Below are positions 18,746 through 27,229 of a DNA stretch of 64,000 nt, piece by piece (position 1 is the stretch's first letter; every line of letters begins with the position of its first letter). The DNA lies in NCBI GenBank assembly GCA_963778655.1, contig CAVZVA010000010.1:1568001-1632000 (forward strand). Reading direction: 5' to 3'. This DNA comes from an uncultured delta proteobacterium (GTDB lineage Bacteria > Myxococcota_A > Polyangia > Polyangiales > JAFGIB01). A program made the position numbers and the translations under genes. The notes under the pieces are model-generated. The model was not told where the DNA came from. It did not search any database and worked only from the letters and a program-made list of their open reading frames with translations.

Positions 18746-19786
18746 ATGGTGGCACCCTCCCGAGCGGGCGGGAGCGCGCGCCGCACCTCCGCGGCCGGCG
18801 ACGTGCTCACGTGCTCGGTGCGTTTGCTGATCCCGTTCGCGCGCTTGTTGCGGAGCTATCCGGGCTTTCCGGTGGAGCTGCTGCAGCCGCTGGAGGCGTT
18901 CGATCTGGACGATCGGCTGCCGGTCGCCAGCACTTTCGAGCTGCTCGAGGGCGCGGTCGCGCTGACCTCGGACCCGGATCTCGGGTTGAAGGCCGGGCGC
19001 GCGACCTCGCTCTCGGACTATGGGGAGATCGAGTACCTGGCGCGCTCGGCGCCCACGCTGGGCGACGCGATCGAGGTCGTCGGCCGCTACCTGCGGCTGC
19101 TCAACGACGCGCTGGAGTTCGCGCTGGCGGTGGAGGGCGAACGGGCCCTGCTGCGCCTGCAGAGCCGCGTTCCGCTGTCGCGCGCCGCGGCCGACTTCCA
19201 GGCGGCTGCGTTCTTCACCCACGCCTCGGAGCTGCTCGGCGTCGCCGACGTCGATGTGGAGGTGTGGCTCAGCCATCCGCGCCCCGAGCAGGTCGAGGAG
19301 CACGCGCGCACGTTCGGCCCGTGCAGAGTGCGCTTCGAGGCGCCGTTCGACGGCTTCGTGCTTCCCGCACGCGACCTGGCGCGCCCCCACGTGACCGCCG
19401 ATCAACCCCTGCACGCGGTGCTGCGCAAGCACGCCGAGCAGCTGCTCGAGGAGCTCTCGGCGGGCGGAAGCGTGAGCGCCCGGGTGCGCAGCCTGATCGT
19501 CACGCAGGTCGAGGGCGGCCACCCCACCGTGGTCGCGGTTGCGGCCGCGCTCGAGCTGAGCCCGCGCACGCTCGCCCGCGCGCTGGCCCGCGAGGGCACG
19601 TCGTTTACGGCGCTGCTGGACGACGTGCGCAGGGGCCTGGCGCTGCGCTATGTGGGCGAACGCGACCTGGGCCTGTCGGAGGTGGCGTTCCTGCTCGGGT
19701 TCTCGGCCTCGGGCGGCTTTCACCGCGCCTTCCGGCGCTGGACCGGGCAGAGCCCGCTCGAATACCGGCGGGCGCGCCGCGGCTGA
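18746..19786 (+). CDS. AraC family transcriptional regulator (OruR/Arabinose_bd_2-type N-domain)
   Basis: LTSDPDLGLKAG..YLARSAPTLGDA; C-terminal LSPRTLAR.L..EGTSF, EVAFLLGFS..FHRAFRRWTG.SP. Confidence 0.93.
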   Translation: MVAPSRAGGSARRTSAAGDVLTCSVRLLIPFARLLRSYPGFPVELLQPLEAFDLDDRLPVASTFELLEGAVALTSDPDLGLKAGRATSLSDYGEIEYLARSAPTLGDAIEVVGRYLRLLNDALEFALAVEGERALLRLQSRVPLSRAAADFQAAAFFTHASELLGVADVDVEVWLSHPRPEQVEEHARTFGPCRVRFEAPFDGFVLPARDLARPHVTADQPLHAVLRKHAEQLLEELSAGGSVSARVRSLIVTQVEGGHPTVVAVAAALELSPRTLARALAREGTSFTALLDDVRRGLALRYVGERDLGLSEVAFLLGFSASGGFHRAFRRWTGQSPLEYRRARRG

Positions 19787-19849
19787 GCGCCGCAGCCCCA
19801 CCGTCACCGGCGGGCTGCGGCTGCGTACAGGTACGGGCTTACCCTGCGG

Positions 19850-21145
19850 CTACGGGCAGGTGGCGCCGACGGTTTCGGCGTCCAGGATGCACATCTCGCC
19901 CGTGTACGTGTTGTTGGTGAAGAGCAGCGTGCCGGTCGTCTGGTTGATGACGTGGCACTCCCACTTGAACTGGTCGCCCGGCATCATGTCGAGGATGCCG
20001 CTCCAGCCGCCTTCGACGCCGGGACCGGTGTCGGCCACGGGGTTGGTGACCGTGCTCGAGTAGTCCAGCACCAGCGGCTCTTCGAAGTTGTAGCCCTGGT
20101 AGATCAGATCCTGCTTGCCGCCGCGGATGCGCCAGGCGGAGAAGCGCACGTTGTTGGCGTGGCGGTGGCCGTACATCCAAAGCATGCGGCCGGTGCCGCT
20201 GACCGTGCAGCTTCCGCCGTAGGTGACGTCGGCGCCGGGCAGGATCGGGTTCTGCGGCGCGATGTCGAAGATCTCCTTGACCGGCTCCTTCACCGTCGAC
20301 GGGTCGACGTACCAGAAGTTGACCCACACCTCACGCAGCTCGGTCTTCTGGGTGGTGTTGATCGAGTGCAGGCTCACGTTGATCGGGCTGTGCGCGGGCA
20401 GCGAGACGCCCACGTCCATGTTCTCCGGCGCGACGATGCCACCCTCGGGGTAGTCCTCCGAAAGGAGGTTGGAGGTGCCGATACGCTGGCCCAGGCCGGT
20501 GTCGCCACCGCTGCCGCTGGTGATGATGTTGTGGTGCGCACCCGGCCGCTGGCGGAACTGGCGATAGTAGAAGTAGACCTGCTGGTCGTTGCCCGAGGTC
20601 GCCGGGAAGTCGTTGGTGGTCTCTTGGCTCGGCGCCAGCAGATACTGCGGCTCGGGATTGTCGTAGTTGCTCGGGCCGATGTGCAGCTGGAAGCCCTTGT
20701 CGGGCGGGGGCGGAAGGATGCAGTACTCGTCACCGGCGTACTGGGTGTGCAGCCCGCACTCGTCCATCGCCGGCGCGCTTCCGGGTGTGGGTGGCGCGGT
20801 GGTGCCACCGCCCATCATCGCGGGCGTGTTCATCGTGGGAGCGCCGCCGCCAGCGGGCACCATATCCGCTGCGCCGCTGCCCGCCGCGCCGCCCGCCGTG
20901 GGCGGGGGTGTGAGTCCCGGGTTGGTCGCCGTGCCGGTGGGCTGCGCCGGGTTGGTCGCCCCAACGGGTGCAGTCGCCGCAGGGGCTGTCCCCACGCCCG
21001 GCGTCTGCGGCGGTTGCACCGTCACACCACTGCCAGGGAGACCGGTTGTACCGCCGTTGTTGTTATTGTCGCTGGCCCCGCAGCCGACGATGCCGACCGC
21101 GCCGATCGCACCAGCAGCCAGATACACGCCGAGTTGACGCTTCAT
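19850..21145 (-). CDS. Lipoprotein with PHM/dopamine-beta-hydroxylase-like copper monooxygenase domains
   Basis: Lipobox IVGC, Pro/Thr/Gly linker, GAHHN, SLHSIN, GHRH, GEMC. Confidence 0.7.
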   Translation of the reverse strand: MKRQLGVYLAAGAIGAVGIVGCGASDNNNNGGTTGLPGSGVTVQPPQTPGVGTAPAATAPVGATNPAQPTGTATNPGLTPPPTAGGAAGSGAADMVPAGGGAPTMNTPAMMGGGTTAPPTPGSAPAMDECGLHTQYAGDEYCILPPPPDKGFQLHIGPSNYDNPEPQYLLAPSQETTNDFPATSGNDQQVYFYYRQFRQRPGAHHNIITSGSGGDTGLGQRIGTSNLLSEDYPEGGIVAPENMDVGVSLPAHSPINVSLHSINTTQKTELREVWVNFWYVDPSTVKEPVKEIFDIAPQNPILPGADVTYGGSCTVSGTGRMLWMYGHRHANNVRFSAWRIRGGKQDLIYQGYNFEEPLVLDYSSTVTNPVADTGPGVEGGWSGILDMMPGDQFKWECHVINQTTGTLLFTNNTYTGEMCILDAETVGATCP

Positions 21146-21430
21146 AGTTCCACCTCCACACCGCACCAAACCGTGCCCAGCTGGATGCCTCCTTGGAGTC
21201 AAGCCAGCTTCTTTATACCCTTACATACCAGGTTAAGCACTTCGGCAAAGTATCCGGCGCGGTCAAAATTGCGAGTCCCAGCTCCGTTTGGGTCCGCTCC
21301 CATTGCAGCTGCGTCTGGTGGAGCATGTCCCGATTGAGGGATAGTCGTCGTCCCCCCAACCTCGGGTGCTCCGGCTTGCCCCTCACCCGTTCTGCCCGCT
21401 GGTGTACGCTTTGCCCGGCGAGGGTTTGCG

Positions 21431-21775
21431 ATGACTGCGCACAGCATTCCGATCCTGACCACGTTCGAGGCGCCGCCCGGCTCCGAGGTCGCGCGCGTGC
21501 TGGGCCCGTGCTGGGGCATCACCGTGCGCTCGCGCAGCGTGGTCGGCACCGCCTGTGCCGGCTGCCAGCAGGTATTCGGCGGCGAGATCTCCGCGCTGAC
21601 CGCGCTGGCGACCGAATCGCGCAGCGAGGCCATGAACCGGTTGGAACGCCACGCGATCGGCATGGGCGCCAACGCCGTGCTCGGCATGCGCTTCGACTCG
21701 GGCGAGCTGATGCAGAACACCAACGAGATCGTCGCCTACGGTACGGCCGTCGTGCTGACTGCCGCGCGCGGCTGA
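21431..21775 (+). CDS. YbjQ/UPF0145 family protein
   Basis: GITVRSRS, FGGEI, GANAVLGMRFD, AYGTAV. Confidence 0.9.
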   Translation: MTAHSIPILTTFEAPPGSEVARVLGPCWGITVRSRSVVGTACAGCQQVFGGEISALTALATESRSEAMNRLERHAIGMGANAVLGMRFDSGELMQNTNEIVAYGTAVVLTAARG

Positions 21776-21776
21776 G

Positions 21777-22394
21777 ATGAGCCGTCTGCCGCCAGCGCTC
21801 GCCCGGCGCATCGATCGCCTGGCGCGCCGCGCGCACCGCTTCCATCGCTTCGCGCACCATCCGTTGTGCACGGCTTACGCGGGCGAGCTCGTGCCGCTCG
21901 GCGGGCGCGGCCGGCTCTGCCGCGGCTGTACGCTGGCGGCTGCAGGCGTGCTGCTCGGCAGCGCGCTCGCGCTCTACGTGCCGTGGGCGTGGGCGCTCGG
22001 CAGCGCGCAGTGGGCCGCGCTGGCGGGCGGGATTGCGGCGTGGGCGGCGGCCCTCGTGTTGCACGCGCTCGCCGCCGGGCGCGGCTCGCCGCCGGGCGCC
22101 CCGCGCCAGAGCAAGCTGCTGACGCGCTTCGTACCGGCGTTCGCGCTTGCGTTCGGCGCCGTGCTCGGCGCGCGTGCCCGCTGGCCGGGCGGAATGCTGC
22201 TGGCCGCCGGGTGCACGCTCGGGGCGGCTTGCGCGCTCGCGCTGTACAGGCGGCGCGGCCCCGACCGCGCTCCATGCATGCGCTGCCCCGAGCGCTCGGC
22301 TGCCGTCTGCAGCGGTTTCTTGCCGATCGTACGGCGCGAGCGCGCCTTCCGCCGACTCGCGCGTCGCCTGATCGCGTCTGCGCCGCCGATGTAG
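21777..22394 (+). CDS. Hypothetical membrane protein with His/Cys clusters
   Basis: ATG 1 nt after ybjQ stop; FAHHPLC, CRGC, about 4 hydrophobic segments, CMRCPE..C. Confidence 0.65.
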   Translation: MSRLPPALARRIDRLARRAHRFHRFAHHPLCTAYAGELVPLGGRGRLCRGCTLAAAGVLLGSALALYVPWAWALGSAQWAALAGGIAAWAAALVLHALAAGRGSPPGAPRQSKLLTRFVPAFALAFGAVLGARARWPGGMLLAAGCTLGAACALALYRRRGPDRAPCMRCPERSAAVCSGFLPIVRRERAFRRLARRLIASAPPM

Positions 22395-22545
22395 CGGCCC
22401 TGTCGCTGTCCGTTGCCATTGCGGCTCACCTGCGTCTTGCAGCTCGACCGTCGATAAGAGCCGTCTGCGCAGCATCGGGCACAGCTGGCGCGCGTGCGAA
22501 AAGGGCCCGCAGCGGGGTATTGGGAACCGCCGATCGCGACTTCAC

Positions 22546-23235
22546 TCACCGCGCGCGCCTGCGCTGCAAGAGCGCGAACGCCACCCAGCAGGCAAGCGCC
22601 CAGGCCAGACCTGCCATCCAACCGGCGAGCACGTCGGTGGGGTAGTGCACGCCGAGCAATATGCGGGACAACCCGACCAGGCCGGCGAGCGTGAGCGCGA
22701 CCGAGAGCACGTACAGCTTGGCGGCGCGTCGTTCGATGGTGGCCGCGAGCAGCGCCCCGAGCGTCAGGTACACGACGACCGAAGAAAGTGCATGACCGCT
22801 CGGGAAGCTCCAGCTCTGCTCCGGCACCAGCGGCACGACCACGCTGGGGCGCTGGCGCATGAACACCCCTTTGAGCAACTGTGACAGCAGCGCACCGCCG
22901 GAAGTTGCAAGCAACACGTACAGCGCGACAAGGGGCCGGCGCATGACCAGCAGGAAGCCCAGCGTGCAGCCGAGCACCACGACCAGCACCGGAACGCCGC
23001 CGAGGGCGGTGAGGTTGAATGCGATCTCGGCCGCCAGGGACCGCGGCGATTGCACCAGGTGCGCGCGCACCGCCCGCAGGGCCCAACGGTCGAAGGCGCC
23101 GAGGTCGCCTTCTGCGACTTCGTCCGCCAGGGCGATGAATCCGAGGGCCGCCGCGACGGCCACCAACATCGCGCACAGGAGCAGCGCCTCGGAACGTTCG
23201 AGCCACTGGGGCAGCGTCGGGCGGCGGCGTCTCAT
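22546..23235 (-). CDS. PAP2 family phosphatase
   Basis: K......RP, SFPSGH, SRILLGVHYPTDV. Confidence 0.93.
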   Translation of the reverse strand: MRRRRPTLPQWLERSEALLLCAMLVAVAAALGFIALADEVAEGDLGAFDRWALRAVRAHLVQSPRSLAAEIAFNLTALGGVPVLVVVLGCTLGFLLVMRRPLVALYVLLATSGGALLSQLLKGVFMRQRPSVVVPLVPEQSWSFPSGHALSSVVVYLTLGALLAATIERRAAKLYVLSVALTLAGLVGLSRILLGVHYPTDVLAGWMAGLAWALACWVAFALLQRRRAR

Positions 23236-23531
23236 GCTCGACGACCTGGCGCTATGTGAGCTCCCGCGTCAAGTCCTGGCCCACCAGCCGGAAACCTGTG
23301 CGCGGCCTGGTGGGTGCCGCGGGCGATCACCACTGCGTGCGCATCAGTTGCAGAATGTCGCCGCGGCAGCGCCGCAACCGCCGCAGAGGATCAATCCGGC
23401 GATAGCTCATTCTTCCATGGACGCAAATAATCCTGCAGCCCGCGCTGTTGTCTGACCACAGGGCCAGGTCGCGCGTTCCGGCGGGCAAGTCGACGCTTGC
23501 CAAGCTCTCCCCCTGTCCAGAGAGGGTTCGA

Positions 23532-23981
23532 ATGAAAGCGCACACGGATCGGATATTCAACTCACTGCACACCGGCTGGCTGCTGCTCGGCCTCGGGACT
23601 GCGAGCGGCTGCGGCATGTACTCCGCTGCGCCGAAGACCGTGTGGCTCAGCAACGCCCTGAACGTGCCGGCCGCGTCGGGCAAGGTGGAGCTGACGCATC
23701 TGGATCAGGGTAAGATGCGGCTCGCGATCCATGTCGACTACCTCGCACCGCCTGACGAGATCGCGAGGGGAGCGACCACCTATGTGGCCTGGGCGCAGCC
23801 CGAGGCGGGCGGGGCGCCGCAGAAGCTCGGCGCGCTCGCGATCGACGAGCACCACAGCGCCAGGTTGGTGACGAAGACCGCCGACCGTGCGGAGAAGATC
23901 ACGTTGACTCCCGAGCCGGGAGCCGGCGTGACGCAGCCGAGCCATGCCCCCGTGCTGTGGGCGACGCTCGGCCGCGGATGA
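23532..23981 (+). CDS. Small lipoprotein (RskA C-terminal-like beta domain)
   Basis: ASGC lipobox; TYVAWAQP..QKLGAL..ITLTPE..P pattern. Confidence 0.55.
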   Translation: MKAHTDRIFNSLHTGWLLLGLGTASGCGMYSAAPKTVWLSNALNVPAASGKVELTHLDQGKMRLAIHVDYLAPPDEIARGATTYVAWAQPEAGGAPQKLGALAIDEHHSARLVTKTADRAEKITLTPEPGAGVTQPSHAPVLWATLGRG

Positions 23982-24174
23982 TCGCTCGCCCGCGGGGCGG
24001 GGCGGGGCGGCACCACCTCGACATCCTCGCCTGCGGAGACGATTCCCGGGCGCACACGTGCCCCCGCCGCAGACACGCCGGGGCGCGCTTGGCACGCGTG
24101 CGCCAGAGCAGTCTCGAGCGCGTCCTGTTGGTTTCGTGGTCGCGCGGGGTCGGGTGGCGCGCGTCCGGGGCGCC

Positions 24175-26031
24175 TCACGCAGGCGGCGCCTGCGGTCCTT
24201 CGCCTCGCACCAGCGTGTGCGCATAGGCCAGCGCGGCGTGGGTGGAGGCGAGCAGCTCGCGCTGTGCGGGATAGAGCGCGTCCTGGCCCAGCACATCGAG
24301 CAGCCCGGCGCGCTCGAAGGTGCCGTACATGCCCGGGCGCACCCCGCACAGCAGCAGGCGGCCGCCGTGCTTGCGCGCTTGCTGGGCGACGTAACCGAGC
24401 GCCGCGGCGGTGGTGGCGTCCATGTTGTAGGCCTCCTGCACCCGCAGCACCAGCACGCGCGCGCCGCCGTCGAGCAGCCGCACCAGCTCGGCCTGCAGCT
24501 CCTCGGCGGCGGCGAAGAACAGCTCGCCCTGCAGGTTGAGCACGCGGATCTCGCCGCCGTTGCCGGGGTCGAGATTCTCGGCCTCGACCAGCCCGCCGTC
24601 TTGACCTTCCACCATCACGCGCAGCTTGAAGCCCTCGGCGCGCCGCAGTGCATAGTAGATCGAGACCGCGATGCCGAGAAATACCGCGTTCTCCAGGTGC
24701 TCGGTCAACAGCACGCCCCCGAAGGTCGTGAGCAATACCACGCGGTCGGCGTTGGTGGTCACGAAGAGGCCGCGCAGGCGCGCCACGTCGACCAGCTTGA
24801 CGCCCACGTGAACCAGCGTGCCGGCCAGGGCGGCGATCGGAATCAGGTTGGCCTGCGGCGCGAACGCCACTACGATCAGCAGCGTCAGCACCCCGGACAA
24901 GATGCAGGAGACACGCGTGAGCGCGCCGGCCTCGACGTTGACCGCGGTGCGGCTGAACGAGCCCGACGAGGCAAAGCCGCCGACCAGCCCTGCGCCGAGG
25001 TTGCAGAAGGCTTCGCCGAGCAGCTGGCGGTTGGCGTCGAAACGGTGACCGGCACGCAACGCGAGCGTCTTGCCGATCGCGATCGCCTCGACCGCGCTCA
25101 TCAGGCCGATGGCCAGCGCCGGGCTCCACAACTTGCGCAGCGCGCGGACTTCGAAACGCGGCAGCTGCAAGTGGATCAGGTCGCGGGTGAGCGGCTCGAT
25201 GTCGCGCACCACCTGGACACGGTGCGGCGACCCGGGCGCCGCCAGGTCGAAGATCCACACCAGCAACGTGGTGAGCACGATCGCGGCCAGCGAGGCCGGC
25301 AGGCGCCGGCCCACCCGACGCTCGATCCGCTGCAGCAGCCGCACCACGGCGAAGGTCAGCAGCGCGAGGCCGAAGGTGGTGAGTTGCACCCCGTGCAGCG
25401 ACCGCAGCACCCGCAGCAGGTCGAAGGCCGCACAGCGGATCGGCGTGTAGCCCCACAGATCCCGGGCGATCGCCGACCTGTCGATGCCCAGGAACGCCGG
25501 CAGCTGGTTGATCACGATGTAGACGCCCGCGCCGGCGGTGAAGCCAGTCAGCACGGGCTCGCTGACGAAGCGCGTGAGCGCGCCGACGCGCAGCAGCCCC
25601 GCGCACAGCTGCACGGCGGCCACCAAGAAGGTGAGCAGCACGACGGCTTGCAGCGGGTCACCGTGCGCGGCTAGCAACGCGCCGTTGCCCGCCAGCATCA
25701 CGCAGATCGCGTTGGTGGGGCCGTTGATCAGGAACTCCGAGCTGCCGAAGGCGGCGCCCAGGATCGAGGCCGCCACCGCGGTCGCGATGCCCGCGGAAGG
25801 CGGGAAGCCCGCGATCAGCGCGTATGCCATCGCCTGCGGCACGGTGAACAGCGCGGTGGTCAGCCCCGCGACCAGGTCGGGCCGCAGCTGGCTCGCGCGG
25901 TAGCGGCGCAGCGTGGGCAGAAACGGCAACAGGCGGTCGGCTGCAGGCGCGGGCTGCGGGCGCGGAATCCCGCTCAGCGGCGAGGGCAGCACCGATTGCA
26001 TTCCAGGGCGGTCGTCGGGTGGTTGGCTCAT
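24175..26031 (-). CDS. SulP/SLC26 anion permease with STAS domain
   Basis: DLVAGLT..PQAMAYA, GPTNA, GSFSRTAVN; STAS GELFF..MDAT; start uncertain. Confidence 0.93.
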   Translation of the reverse strand: MSQPPDDRPGMQSVLPSPLSGIPRPQPAPAADRLLPFLPTLRRYRASQLRPDLVAGLTTALFTVPQAMAYALIAGFPPSAGIATAVAASILGAAFGSSEFLINGPTNAICVMLAGNGALLAAHGDPLQAVVLLTFLVAAVQLCAGLLRVGALTRFVSEPVLTGFTAGAGVYIVINQLPAFLGIDRSAIARDLWGYTPIRCAAFDLLRVLRSLHGVQLTTFGLALLTFAVVRLLQRIERRVGRRLPASLAAIVLTTLLVWIFDLAAPGSPHRVQVVRDIEPLTRDLIHLQLPRFEVRALRKLWSPALAIGLMSAVEAIAIGKTLALRAGHRFDANRQLLGEAFCNLGAGLVGGFASSGSFSRTAVNVEAGALTRVSCILSGVLTLLIVVAFAPQANLIPIAALAGTLVHVGVKLVDVARLRGLFVTTNADRVVLLTTFGGVLLTEHLENAVFLGIAVSIYYALRRAEGFKLRVMVEGQDGGLVEAENLDPGNGGEIRVLNLQGELFFAAAEELQAELVRLLDGGARVLVLRVQEAYNMDATTAAALGYVAQQARKHGGRLLLCGVRPGMYGTFERAGLLDVLGQDALYPAQRELLASTHAALAYAHTLVRGEGPQAPPA

Positions 26032-26103
26032 CTCGGGGCAGCCCGCGCGCGGCGGCACAATCTACCCCAGGCGGAGCCCCGAGCGCACCTCGACGCCGCG
26101 ATG

Positions 26104-27081
26104 CTAGCGAGCTCGCGGGGTGGCGGCCGCGGTCGCACCGCCGTCGCGCCGGCCGGGTGTGAACACGTACAGCACGCTCGGCTCGGTGGCGCGCACGCGC
26201 AACGCGTTGTCCGGCGGCACCAAGACCAGCATCCGGCTGTGCAAGGGCGTGTCGGTGGGCGAGAGCAGCCGGGCCGTGCCCTGGGCAACGTACACCACAC
26301 GCGGCGTGTCCACGCCAGCGAGATCAGCCTCGCCGCGCAGCAGCCACGCCGCCATCTTGCCGTCCATGATGGGCAGCGTGTCCAGTCGCGACATCTCGTC
26401 CTGCCCGAGCCGCTTCAGCAAGGCCGCCGGCTCGTAGAACCCGGGCGCGGCTCCCCGCTGCAGGCGAGGATCGTCCTGCTCGACGTACAGGTTCCCGGCG
26501 AAAGGCGGCGAGGCGAACACCAGGTTGGCCTGCATGTGCGCCTGGTCGTGATTGATCCACTTGTGGCCGCACAATGGCGGCGAGGCGATCAGGCTGCCCG
26601 GCTCGGGCGTGCGGCGCACGCGCTGCGTGGCGGCGCCGGGTGCGCCGTAGATCTGCAACACCTCGGGCGCTCCGGACAGGATCACGGTGGCTTCGTAGGC
26701 CGTTCGATGGATGTGCAGCGGGCAAGTCTGGCCAAACCCGAGCGCGTGCATGTGAACGGTGCCGTCGCGGCTTCCGAAATACGTCTCGGATGCGTCCGCC
26801 TGATCGTGGAAGTGCTGGCTCAGCAGCGCGAAGCGCGCGGCCAGGTCGATGACCTGCACCGGGGGCTTCGGCTTCGGCGCTGGCGGGCCAGCGACGCGAC
26901 TCGTCTTGGTCGGCACGCTCGGGCTGGCCGCACCCGCGCCCGCGTGCTGCAGCGCGAAGCTCAGGCCGCCGATCACCAGCAGCAGGCCGATCGTCACCAC
27001 CCGGTAGAACAGCAGGGTGCGGCGGGTGGGCGGCGCTGCGGCGGCGGAGGGCGGGGGGCGTGGCGGAGTGCCGCTGGTCAA
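26104..27081 (-). CDS. Membrane-anchored cupin-domain protein
   Basis: One TM helix; PLHIH....E and GH cupin motifs; second degenerate cupin; start uncertain (TTG with GGAG). Confidence 0.6.
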   Translation of the reverse strand: MTSGTPPRPPPSAAAAPPTRRTLLFYRVVTIGLLLVIGGLSFALQHAGAGAASPSVPTKTSRVAGPPAPKPKPPVQVIDLAARFALLSQHFHDQADASETYFGSRDGTVHMHALGFGQTCPLHIHRTAYEATVILSGAPEVLQIYGAPGAATQRVRRTPEPGSLIASPPLCGHKWINHDQAHMQANLVFASPPFAGNLYVEQDDPRLQRGAAPGFYEPAALLKRLGQDEMSRLDTLPIMDGKMAAWLLRGEADLAGVDTPRVVYVAQGTARLLSPTDTPLHSRMLVLVPPDNALRVRATEPSVLYVFTPGRRDGGATAAATPRAR

Positions 27082-27229
27082 GCTCCGATCTTCTCGCGCC
27101 CGAGCCGCGCGGGTCAAGACCGCGCGCTCGCTGGCGCTCGGCTTGCGCTGCTTGCGCGGCGGACGTCGTTCCGGGCGCGGGGCGAAGCCGCGGCGCAATT
27201 CGCGGCGCGAAGGGTATAGCATTTGCAGC

